This document shows, piece by piece, positions 49,354-62,700 of a stretch of DNA of 64,000 nucleotides. This DNA comes from Balanoglossus misakiensis (taxonomy: Eukaryota; Animalia; Hemichordata): NCBI GenBank assembly GCA_040954595.2, contig CM082595.2, forward strand, positions 1,325,690 through 1,389,689, in the 5' to 3' direction. A program made the position numbers and the translations under genes. Each line of letters starts with the position of its first letter. Position 1 is the first letter of the stretch. The notes beneath the pieces are model-generated. The model was not told the origin of the DNA, did not search any database, and saw only the letters and a list, made by a program, of their open reading frames with translations.

Positions 49354-51626
49354 GTAAGAAACTTGATTAGAAATATAATGATCCCACAGTTGTCTGTTAG
49401 TGATTGCAACACAGAAAAATGTATCTTGGCAAAATGACATTGTAACCACTAGAATCAGATTCTAGTGGTTGCATTGCCGTTTAGCCCTGTGTTCTAATGA
49501 TGCCTTGGATTTGTGTGAATGCCATGAAAAGGTTTATAATGTTATGAAGGACGTGAGAATGCTGAGATATGAATGCTGTAAAGGTAAGTCACCCTTTCAC
49601 CCCCATTTATAAAATGTATAGGTCCAGCCCTGCTATTGTAGGAGAATAGGGTTTACCATCTTCCAATATGTTACTGCAGGAATTGTATTTTTTAAACAAT
49701 GGCGAAGTAACTGGTACAAAAACTATTGTTTGCCTAGCACAAATCCATTTCCTCTGAAATAATCTCCAATACTCCCACACATCCCTCAAAGCTGGTTCTC
49801 TCTGAGTTAGATGGATTTAGGTTTATTATTATCACCTCCTACATCCATTGAAGTTTCTTTCAAAAACTGTGTTTGAATAGAAATTGGCAGTTTAAACGCC
49901 TTCAAACACAAGATTCTGCTGTTGACAACTACATCATACACCTCTGGTATGCTGTTTGTATGTGTGCATATTGCAAATTTAGCCAGAGAATTTTTATTTG
50001 AAATTAATACACCAAGGAATTTTATATTAATACTTGCTAGTCATAACACATCATACAAAATGTTTGCTACTCAATTTGCGAAAACTTAAAATAAACTTGA
50101 AATACAACAACGTTCCAATTATGAATTCAAAGAGAAATATGTTGGTAACCATGGAGACAGAATCAGTTTAAGCCTGGCCATTTTAACGGACTTCCAGCCT
50201 TATTTCGAAACATTGCAATGGAGTCTATACCTACAGTGACATCACATCATGGCTCTGGTTCCAACACTGAAAGAGATATCTCTAGAGGACTTCCTGTCCT
50301 ATCTAGTTCCATTCTCTTTGGCTGAACTTCAAGACGGAACAGTTCAGTGTACACAACAACTTTTCCAGCTTCAGAGTTCTAGACCAGGATACAATATACC
50401 CGTTCTACTTGTTGTTGTGGTAGGTAAATTTCCATGTCACTGTTATTCATCATTCTTTTCATCAGAAAAGCCATTGACAGAATTGCATGAGTAATAATCA
50501 TAGTACAGGATAAAAAATATTGATGTCACTGTCATGAAACTTTTTTGTGCTTGTGCTTTCTGTGCTTGGTGTTGTAAAAATGACACAGAACAGGTAATAG
50601 GTGAGAAACACAGGTGTGTAAAAACTTAATATGACAACAACGTAGGAATGTAATATACAACGTGCTGTTGGGCTTATTTCTTTTTATCAATATGACTTGA
50701 TGTGCATTTCACAGTATAACCACAACAGTTTAGGCTGATATTTTTTTTCGTTGTCATAAGGTCTATCACAGGCTTGGTTGGTTGGCCAAAAAGAAAGAAG
50801 ATTTGAGATCAAAGTAAAATTTGTAACCTTCCTAGGGTTCTAAGAGATTTATCACTCAATACATGTACATGTACATGGAAGAGATAACTGCCTAATCTAT
50901 ACTCTAGAGGGCGCACGTCACTAGCTCATGACATAAAGTATATTTCTCCTTAAGTGTTTATTAATTATTGTATAATACAATGGCGTCTGGTAACATAGAA
51001 ACAAAAAATGAACAGTCTAAGAGGTAAATGCTGTCAATGTATGATAAAATTGATTAAATTGATGATATTGATCTTTAAAATCAAATCATATTTACATATC
51101 AATAGAATCACCTTTTACATTTAGTTTGATCAAAAGCCGTGATTTAAATTAAGGCAAATGTAATATGATTACCAGGTTTCCATGGAAATGCCTAAGGTGT
51201 TAATAATTTTTAGATGTCAAAAAAAGATGGTAAGCAGTTAAACTACTATACGATGTGATGTGGTGCGTTCTTTTGAATAAGAATATAAATTGTCCAAGTC
51301 TAACTGAGAGTGGAACAAGTGTTTCTAATCACTTTTTATATGATATTCCGCCTGTCAACGTGTGTCCTCATTGATACTTAGAACTGTGATTTCAGATCGC
51401 TGCTTTGTATCAAACGCTTGGTCATTACTTACCTTATGTGAAATGCTGTGGTTCACTTAACTGTACATTGTTGACTTAGAGTTGTGATTGTGCTTCATAA
51501 TAGTCTGAAAAGGAACTAGATGCAAAGTGTGGATTGATTTCACTTTTTCAGTCATGTTTTTAAATTGAGATGTGATTGTCATTATGACATGTCAGCTAAA
51601 CATTGAGGAGTGAATAACGTGTTCCT

Positions 51627-51640
51627 GTTGCCATGGAAAC
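51627..51640. promoter_or_regulatory. Consensus RFX X-box (one of about nine in 50-63 kb)
   Basis: GTTGCCATGGAAAC. Confidence 0.55.
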
Positions 51641-54600
51641 ATCAGTCTTTCACCAATAGTACAGTATATTTGTAGATAATTTCAATGATCTGATTTACAT
51701 ACATGATCAAGACACGTCAAATCAAGGATCTCAGCATTTATACAATAATGCCAATGTTAATGAACTATAATATTTGCAGTAAAATTGCGATTATTTCTCT
51801 TCAACAAAACCACAAATAGCACCATATGTCTGTTATATTCTACAATGACATTTTATATTTCCCGTTACCAAATGAAAGGCAAGTGCTAAAATGAAATTGA
51901 TCATAAAACTCTTATAGCGTCAAGACTGAAAGCGACATAGTTAGTGGCAGGTCTTATGTAAACACATAGTGAACTGAAATTCAAAGGTTTAATGAATATT
52001 TTATTTTTGGCATCATTACGGGGGAAATGTTGCAGATTTCCTGTTGACGTCTGTATGCAGCTGGTCTTGGGAAGTGTCAGTATGAAACTATTAAGTGTAC
52101 GCTATGCAGTAACAAGTTCCGAGTTATACCACTATTCATCGTCACCGCCAAACATTGCAAACCGAACCACTATGTAACTATCAGTATTTCGCCATGTTTT
52201 CACTGGAAAAGACTTTCATATTGCTATCAGTGTTGACATTACGAGTGATATTACACGCATATCATTGTCAGCTGCACTCATGTGGAATTTTAGCAGTATG
52301 ACTGACACTGTCAAAGAATATCATATCACAGGAGCTTGTCAGGTAGGTTGTCATTGTCATATTGCTGATTGTAATGGAATATTCATAAACATCATCATTT
52401 ATAGCTAGTGTAACTGTATAGTATTTGAATATTATCATGCAAGGACAAATTCCAACTTGTGCGCTAACCTGATGTAAAACTATTCAGATTTCCATCATAC
52501 ATGACGGTTGGTAGCAATACCAGTTATCAGCAACTTTATCAAAACTTGCAAAGGTCACTGTTACCAGGACACCTTTGTTATAACTGTGGTATTTACTGTT
52601 ATATAAATCTTGGTTACTGAGACTTGTCTGGTTGCCTGTTGGTTACAGTACTGTATGTTTGGTCAATGGCTATATTGTCTGCCAACTACTTGAGATTGAC
52701 ATGGACACAACACATTGTTATCTTCACAAACTTCTGTCTGCTTTAGTGCTTCAATATTGCATTTGTGTATTTTAGTATTTTACAGTAAATAATTCAAAGT
52801 TTCCCAAAACAGTTCCAGTAATGATTAGATTATGTACTATATGAATTCCCATGTCATCGACTGTTTCTGAGTTACATCAAAAAATGTCTTTGTAGTGATG
52901 ATTGTTCTTAAATCCTCATTCAGAGTGGTTAATACAACTAATAATAAAGATGTCTTCTCATAAATGCTTTCTTTTTAGGCTCAAATCTCAGTGTATTTTG
53001 CAAAAATTGGTCCCTTTTGTGGTGTTAAAAAGGCTTCTTTTATCAGATGAACTAGGCATTAATATTGGAGCTCCATTTCAGATTTTTAGAGTATTGTGTT
53101 TTTCATTTAGATTTAGCGACTACTGTCTTCATGACCATGCGTAACAAGGCAGTAATAATTTAATGAAATTTATGGATATTTTTGAGTAAATTTTCATAAG
53201 CAAATAGATTTATTATCACTTAATTGCCGGTACTTGACATATGAATGCAAATGTGTTTATTGTACTACATGTCATAAAACAGTAGGTTACCATGGTGATA
53301 GCATCACGCCTTGTCTCATGTTTGAAATCACTAGATTTGACGTGTCAACATTGTATTAAGGTCACACCCTCCACAAGGATTTTCATGCCAGGATAAGAAA
53401 ACTTTCTACACAATATGCAGAAAACACTGAAGCAATTCAGGTAGTATGTCCCTTGAAAAAGAAAGTCTAAAATTGATAACTTTTTCTGATATATTGTTGT
53501 GAAGGCAACTTTAGAATTAGATTATTCTCTTTTGAAGTAGAGAATAGAAATTGGCCGTTCGAAATCAAAGTTATTCCACATCTTTATCACCTTGGTCATG
53601 AAAATGCACTTGTCATTGTTCAAGGCAGAAATTTGTCTATACCTGAAAGTTTGGGTGATTCATACATTGTATAGCGCCTGGTCTAACAAGAGGGAAGTGA
53701 CAATTTATAGCTTGTATAGCGTTTAGGTCTTCCATTCATGTATATATCATTCCATGGCGTTACTGCGCTTTTTAATAGTTGCCTCACAAACGTCATAAAC
53801 CCTATAAAAACCATTGACTGGAAAGGAACTTTCAAAGCATTTTATCATGACAGTTGAGCAGCAGAAGTAAAAGAAATATTCCCGGTTTTAGTGTTCTGTG
53901 TTTGGTAGTGGAGAGACTTTGCAATGAAATATCTCCTACACTGTCCTAAATGTGTTATCAGGAAAGCAACTTTTCTTCTTATTTATGATAATTTATGAGG
54001 GAGGGAGCCCTCTTTATTATCCAGCTGGTGTAAAGTTTTCAACTGTTTACTTACCACCTTTGGGTTGCTATGACAACCTGGGATTTTATTCTGTCATGAA
54101 ACTCTGAAGTGGTTGGAATTGTTCCAAGTTGGGACTGGCCTTCGTTTACTACAAAACTATTTGCTATTCTACCGTACATGGAGCAAGTACAACAGCATTA
54201 GAAAATCGAGACAAATTTTGTTCGAGTTCTTCCGATGAAAACGTTTTCCGATCGGCTGTTTGTACTCATAGACGAGACAGACACATGTAAGTTATTTTAC
54301 TATATTTTACGTGATTTCTTCGGTATGAAAATACTAGAAAAGTTTGTTCTTGAGTTCGAGTTTGGAACAGCTGTATAAGACCACAGCCCACCCAGCTTGT
54401 TGGTGCATGTTTGATCATGGTTTGATAAAACTAACAAACATTGATACAACTGATCAACAAGTTGCTAACTTGATACAAATTTTTGTTTTCCAACTTGTTG
54501 GATAAAAGGGGGATCAAAATGTATTCATTCGTTTGTGCAAATCTCATCAAAAACTTCTCTTTGTATTTTAATTTTTTCAATGCAAAAGATTTCTCAAGTC

Positions 54601-56629
54601 AAACTTTATCAGTATCAGCTTGGCAACGACCATGTACTGATACTAGTAGATTCCTCACATGGTTGATACTGTAGTATTCAGCTGGTAACAAAAAGATCAG
54701 TTCTGTTTCCATAATCTCTAACTTAATGCCTGGTGTTCTGAACATCAACCATGAAGTAAAACAGTCTAAGATTTCTCAATATTTATGCTTGTACATTTCA
54801 ATAATTCAGATGTAATTATACACAGAGGAACAAACTTGAGCAGATCTTTACACCCTTTCATTATCATGGTGCGGTTCAGTTCTAACACCCTGTACAGTCA
54901 TTGATTTACCTGAAGGTAAATAGCTGTGTGTATTACTCCAGCTGACTTTTACCAAATTAGTGGCTTTGTTTCGTTGTTGGAAGGGCATTCTGCTCGCACC
55001 TTTGTAGAAGTTTATGGGAAAATAATGAGTAATTTGGAACCCATAGAGAGGGTCATCAGTATTTATGCCTGACAGAAGAATGTACATCAAATCTCAATAG
55101 GAGGTTAAGTGGCCAGATGAGTACTTTAATGAAATCAGCTGTGAGGTCAGCTTTTGCAAACCATGAAAAATGATGGTTTGTAGTTCATTGTCATACAAAT
55201 TACATGTGTTAGACCTCCACTGGTGTGCGGTATACATAATGAAATTGCTGTACCCAGCAGTTTCTGATCAATTAAGTTATGTAGCTATCACTAGCAGTTT
55301 ACAGTCAACTGTCAAATTCATTCAGGCCACCAGCCAAATATCAGAGACAAAACACTATATTTCATACAAATACTTGCATTTGTACTTCATGTACATGTAC
55401 AGCAATGTCAAAGTATCCTTGGTTTTATATTTATTAGCAGATAGCTTTGTGCATACCTGTTTATTGTTTATCAAGGTCGTTCTGTTGTTGATCAGGGTCA
55501 TACGGATACCAGCCAATTATAAATTTATGTCACCTTCAATAAAAACTTGGAGAACTTTTATACAGGTTACTTTTGAATTCTTTACTTTATATCCCCGAGG
55601 TTCTGTTACTCTGTTCTGGTGATTTACCTATCTCTCAATACTGTCTCCACTCCAGGCTGTATTATATGTTGGTCAGTATGTCCTTCTGATATATATCGCT
55701 GTGTGTCCCCTACAACAGTCATTGATAATGATATAGCTATACATGGCAAGGCTGTCTGTTTCACAGCAATGGTGTGGAGGCATCGCCATAAGACACACAG
55801 CCCTGCCACACAGAGCTACTGTATCAGTGATAACGTGTTGTAAGAGTGCTGTGTGTCTGTTTGGTCCTGAAAATGTCCTAAGTTTTGTTTCTCGGAACAT
55901 CTGTCACTCAGCCTTGAATTGAATCACTTTCTCCTTGGGTCTGTCACACTAAGGGTTCTATCACAGAGCCCCGTAGAAGTTCTGTCATGTTGTCTAGAGA
56001 ACTCTTTCTCCAAGTAAATCGACATGGGAGATGCCGTACATATAACTTTAAAGGACAGTAGAATGCCTTGCATTCTTTGGTCTTTGGAAACCACTTTTCA
56101 CACCTTTGGCCTGAATTTTGACTCTTTGTACAAAGCATTCCACTTTTTTCACACCGCAATGTTCTGTGCCTTGATTGAATACTTTCGATGGTTGACTGTA
56201 CAAGATACGGTGATAATGTGGCCTGTGTTAAGTATTTCTGGCTTTTTACAACTCCAAAGAATGGTTTATTGTGGTTGTTTGCTCCACAAAACCTAAATAC
56301 CAAGCTTCAAATTGCTGTTGTAATTTTGATTCCAACAATGTGTGTAATCACACATGACCAAGATAATCTCGACGGTATCTGATAAAAAAATTTATGTCTT
56401 GGTCTTTGAGATTTACCTGTGGCAGTTCACTGTTCAGAAACTAGAACTGTCGCCTAGGAGATGGTCATTTCGTAAAGTTGAGGTCAGTTTGAAGTGATTA
56501 TAGATTATGTTACATAGTTACTTGTGAGTGAATTCATTGGTTTAATTAGGAAAACAGGTGACTGATACACATAATGCATTGCCATAGCATGGATATATTA
56601 TACCATTTGTTGTGTTCTAATGGACTGAT

Positions 56630-56741
56630 CCCTCCCCTCCCCCTCCCACACCCAAACTCTCCCCTCCCCAACCACCCCCTGATCCTAACTCTCCCCTCCC
56701 CGACCCTCCCAGGCATTGATATACTCCACCCACCCCACCCT
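56630..56741 (-). other. C-rich low-complexity tract (G-quadruplex-forming potential on the minus strand)
   Basis: More than ten runs of three or more C, with a repeated aactctcccctccc unit. Confidence 0.6.
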
Positions 56742-59700
56742 TCATAGACATTGACATCACAGGTAATAAATCAGTTTCCTACCCCTGTTGTCTAATGAGT
56801 CTGATTTTACATCTGTTGCTATGGAAGCTGTCATATAGACATGTCGGCACATGACCCCAGCCAGATAATGTTACACTGTTTGACTTCTAAGTTTTCAAAT
56901 ACAGTCTGGACTATTGTACCACTGTTATATGTGATGTGCCTGGTTGTTGGCAATGAACATTCGATGTACCTCAAAACAGGATGGTCCAGGGTGCCGCTTG
57001 TTATCTACTGGTGCAAAACAAACCATTAAGTATCTTGGTGACCATATCCACCTTGGTTAGTGTTCTGATTTGAACTTTCGGTGGAATTAGCCGGCTAACA
57101 TCTCTACTTCAGGTGTTTTTGTGTTTGTTGCCGATAGACTGTAACTGTAGTTTTGTAACCTGAACTCCACAAACACAGGGCTTAGCACTGGTTATATTCT
57201 GTTCTGGTCTTCAAGTGTGATAATCATACAAAGCCTTGCCTGGTACCGTGATTTCAAGGTTGGCATAAACTGGTAAGTTCAAATCAATCGCATGGTCGGC
57301 TAACATGTCTACTGTGAAATCTTGCCTTGTAGTATTGAAAAAGTCTTATTAGTGTGACATTAACTATGGCAAAGTCACTGGACTGGATAGTTGGCACATT
57401 ATCAAACTTTAAGAAAGATCATGTGATAGATGACATATATACATTAATGTTTGAAATGTGCCACAACGCAGTCAGTGTCTGTATCTCAAAGGATGTTGTC
57501 ATCATTTTGATCAGTTTCTGCTATTCCGAAATATTGGTCCAGCCATTGGTATTTTTGCTCTGATTAAAATTGATTAATTCTCTTCTTGTCAATGTATCTT
57601 TTGAAACTTTTACTTTTCTGTCTTTCAAAAACAACAATACTCCAAATTTTGTTGACATTGTTTATTTCATTAAAGGCCATTCAACATAAGTTGTTACCAT
57701 GGGAACTTCAGTGTTGACAGTCACGTGTCTTGCACAGACCAACAGTCATGTACAAGGAACTCTTTATGATCCAAGGGGAGGCTGATCGCTGCCGTGTTTG
57801 AGTACCTGCTCTGTGTTGGCCAGTTATGTTGACTCTAGTAGAAGTAAAACTATTGACTTATCAGCAATGAAAACCCATCTTTGCTTGAGCAGCAGAGTGC
57901 GACCATTTCTTTTTGTCCAAAGAGAATTTGATCCTCCATCATTCTTTCAAACCTTTCCGTATTAACTTCTATTGGCTCAATGCTTGTACCGATAACTGTT
58001 TGTTGTGGTGTACTCCATGTGAATACAATCTTGCTTTGGTCAAACCTGATGTTTACCAGGTTACCCAGTTGCATATATGCAGTGTCACAACCAGTGTGCC
58101 TTCTAACAAACATAAATTTTCCTAGCCTTCATGATATTTTACTTCTGCTCACAAAGTGAACTTGAACAACACAAGGGCTAGGTTCTAGTCCACAGTTGAT
58201 TGTGAGGCTGATCAAATCAAAACAATCAGATTCAAGATAATGGTGAGAATCCTCAATTAAAGTGATGTACAATGTATACTACTACTAGAAGTTGTCCACT
58301 GAAAAATATTTCATTTGGAATAAATTAATGATTAAAACATGTTGATAACAGTTTGAATTTTTACAAACTGGGTGTATTATATAACTCATCTTAATACAGG
58401 TATTGTAATCCTTGATAAAAAGGCAGTGAATTACCTCATTATTGATTATCTATCCCAGAAGCCTTTATCCCCTGTACTAGATATTAATCTGTTTCTTTCT
58501 TAAATCTATGTATATTCTCAGACTCCTGGGAATAAAATGTGAGGCCTCCCCCCTTTTAGAATGGAATATTCATTTCCTTCTCTCAAATTAAGTTGATTGT
58601 TACCGGTATATCACATAGTGCCTAGTGGACTTTCGAAGCCTGTCATTCAAATGTAATGCATAGTAGCTCCTGGTTGTAACACTGTTTTGAATCCTAAAAT
58701 CTGTATACTATAGCAACCAATATACCGATAAGACTAATGACTATGACAAACAACATCGTAACCTTGTTAATTATGTTTATTAAAATAAAGCAGGTAGCCT
58801 TTAATTTAGAAATAAGTACGTAATTAGCCTGGAGAAAAAACACACGCAGACAGGAATTGAATGTCATCAACGTCGTCTTCATTGTCAGTCAAGCATAACA
58901 TAGAACAATAAGGTTAATTTGGTGTGAAGATGTACAATAGACAATTACACAATATTGCATCCGTGGAGACTACGAGACAGAAAGCGCCGCCCATCTATCC
59001 AGAAGTGTTTCCTACAGGGGGGGTCCATTTAAATTTTAATCATACTTAGTGATGACTTTCATTCGTCAAGACGTGGATTACCATCACTGCACAGTAGAAA
59101 ACTGTTGACAGTTTGCGTCAATAATATCAATTTGCAACAATCTATTACTTGGAAGTTGGATAGTTGGATATTCAGCATGTCAGTACTTATTCTGTACAAA
59201 TCACATCACTGCAAATGCCAGGTATGTAACATAACCATTTGATCATGACAAAAACCACTCCTATGATCTGAATGGTTTGACAAACGTTTAGAAACTTATA
59301 ATTATAATCCCAGAAGGATTTTCATATTCAAATTCTTAGAGATTTAATTTAAAGTCTGTTGTATTACACAAGATTATTGATTATCTTGATGACAAAACAT
59401 GGACTGCAGTATAATTTTATTGTTGACTAAACTGTCAGTACGTAAATGCCGCACCATTAAAGCTGTGTCGCTGTTCAGTTTTCCACAACATTCTCTGGTT
59501 TGTCTCAAAACTATGTCAAATATCAATTGTTATGTTGTTCTGTGCGTCAAGAACTTCACGTTGAAGACAGAGGTAGGTTCTGGTTGTCAGTTGCATAATA
59601 GCAATGGTCATCAACAAGTCAGTTAAATTGATTGACTGTATTCGCTCTCATGCTGTGTCAGTCATCAAGTGTGTACCACTTTGGCTAATTTCATCAGGAT

Positions 59701-62700
59701 ATAATAATATGATGTAATCTGGAATTCAAAATCAAATGGATATAGGCTGATGTGAAGGACAAATATAATCCATTACAATCCTGCATACATGTATTGTAAC
59801 TCAACATCTTCGCACGTAACTGAATGTTTTGTAAATTCTTTCGTGTTGAAGATAAAACCCACACATTTACATACAAGTAGCCAATAAATGTTGTCTGTGA
59901 TGTATTGTGTCAGGGTTGAGCAATTATGCAGGTAGTAAGTCTGAGCTCACAGACAGTGAGACTAACAATTTTTATGGCTTGTTGGTTTCAAATTAGATGT
60001 TGACTAAACAGTAACATGGTAGATGAAAACAAGGTTGGATTACTAGTTCAGAAAGCACTGAAAATATAATTTACATGCATTCTCGTAGGCCTTTTGATCT
60101 TTGCCAATCAACTACGATTCTGACTCATGTCTGCCAAATTGGATAGCTACAACAGAAATTGAAAAATACAGGTATGAGCAGATTATGTAACTGTTGTCAT
60201 GGATACGATCTTCTTCCTCTCTCTTGACTAGAGACGCTATCAAAATGCAGCTTGCTAACATAATTTCCAACAGGATTGAAAAGGTTATTCTCCTGCTAAA
60301 TGCATCTGAAATGTGTTGTAAAAGTGGTTTTTATGATAGTGACAATTTGATGTCCGTGTACATGTATAGGTGAATGTCTGAACTACTGTAGGAACATCGT
60401 AGCAACAGTTTGGCAGGTTGCCAAGATTGGAGGTGATTGTCAAGATAGCAGAGTTCTATTGTGAGACTTGAACAACTCAACCCGCCAAAAAATGCCATCC
60501 TCAGATATATTGCATCTTGAATTAAAAAGAAAATCAAGCTGTTCATCAATACGGCACAATGGAAAGGAAAGTTAATCTACACGTTTCCACGAAATCAATA
60601 AAGAGAAAGTGAACAGCATCACATAATATTCTACTGTGACAAAAACACAAAGTAAGCAGACTTTGTAAGTAGTGATTGGTTGCCATAGAAGTCATTGTTT
60701 GGCATGGTTGTGGACCTGTATATTGGTATGGTTGTATTGGTTCTTGTCAGCTCTTCAACCAAGGGACTGAAATTCTACATGCAGTTTTACAGATTCAGTT
60801 TTCTAAATTGTACTAAAATGTACTTTATAGATGATGATTCTTCGAACGAACTTTTTAAATCAAAGCTTGCCTTGAGGGACAAGTATAGCATCTTTTATTG
60901 AATTATTCCAGTGTTATATATCTTATAGTTTATAGCACACTTACAATGCAGACAAAGTAACAGAGAGGGGACAATGATTATACAGCCTCACATTTCTATG
61001 TTGGTCAGGTTCCAAGTTGAGCCCTTAGATGCCAAGACTGTGCCCGCCCCACCCTCTGCCCTGTGTTTTGTAAATAACAATGAACACAAGTTTTTCTTCA
61101 TGTATCGCTGGTATAATAAACACCTATGGAAACAGATCTTATCGGGCATTTTATGATTGGATAAATCTTGATGGGGTTTAACCCTAGTTTATCACATACT
61201 TATCATAATCATTTCAATAAATCGAGGGAGTCATTTTAATAAATCTAATTATATTGTACATAGACTAATATGATTAATTGAATGTTTAAATTTCATTAAA
61301 AATTTGCTTATCATATCATAGTGTACCTCTCTGTATAAAACGCATATAGAGCAAACTTTGTCATGTTAGTTTAAAGTTTATTGGTTGATCATAGAAACTG
61401 AAGTATTAGCCACTGATTAAAAGGGGTTGAAATTAAAACATTGAAAATATTCCTAGCACATCTGCAATTTTGTTGTGTACGCTAGGTTAATATTGTATTA
61501 AGAAAATAATACATATACTTTGCTTCCTTGTACAAGTTTCTTGTAGGTTTTAATAATAACCATTATTGGGGTGTTACGTATTTTTAAAAATCTTGTATTG
61601 AATTAGCAAATCTTTTGTAGTGAGATAGCTGTGGTGTGATTGTAAATATTTGATAGTCTTTGCTATGAATGGCAGGTTTTACTTGGTCGAAGTTGTGTTT
61701 AAAAGTTACCATGTCCAGTATGTCACGACCCAGTCTAGCATAGCAGCACAGAACAGCTGTGGAAGATAGGGGAGGTGTTGGTTTTGAACTATGGAGGGCT
61801 GATAAAGTTTGTATGATTTTTTTTTACATTAGAGGGAAGACACTGGTTAAGGGTGAATCAATAGGGTCTTGTCAGGCAGCACAAAAACTTACTTAGTATT
61901 TTAAGAAATCTTTCCAGATAAGGCATCTAGGCATTGAGATAATTTTAGAAGCTTCGCTCTCCCCTCCCCATCACTTGTCCTCTGACCATGCCCTGCTGGA
62001 AGCTGACCACTCTGCATTCCAAAGCAAAGCAGACATCACCACATAACCAGGGGCACTATTGGTTATCTAAGTATGTCTATTGATCATCAACTGTACAGTG
62101 TATTAGGTCAGGATAGTTCAACAGTTTTGGGTTTGTTGACCGTCATTCTCAGAGAGATACGTCAAACCGCGGTTCACTCGTAACCGCGGAACCACGATCA
62201 AACTCATCTGTCAAGGGACCATTTAAACCTCATGCAGACTGACAGATAAATTTGTGGTCGGTTTGGTTCAAGTTCATAAACTGATAAGTCAAGTCTCGTG
62301 TCAACTTTAACGAGCAGATGTTTTATGGGTGAGTACTGATTCTACAACTTGTCACACTTTGATGGAAGTTCATTAGTAAGTGTGTGGCAGAAATCCAAGA
62401 GCAGATGTGTCTGTGTTTTAAGCACCAAGTGATGGCTCGACCTCAACTCATATCTATAAATATCACCATACAGGAAGTGAAATCTAGACAGATCCATTAC
62501 AGAGATCCGACGACGTATAACACTACAGCATTTTCTTGCTGCTTTCTGCTGACATTGTTGCACTACTTTTCGTGCTTTGGTCAAATCTTGAATATGGAAA
62601 CAAGTTGCACTTGTAATATAACATATTAGTTTACCTTGATCAAAGTTGTACAATTATTGTTAGATTTATTTTAAGAACCCATCTCAAATGAAACCAACTT

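Noticed and set aside
55170-56382. Cluster of 60-150 aa ORFs on both strands
   Set aside because: No recognisable motifs, no consistent splice signals, and composition typical of chance ORFs in AT-rich DNA.
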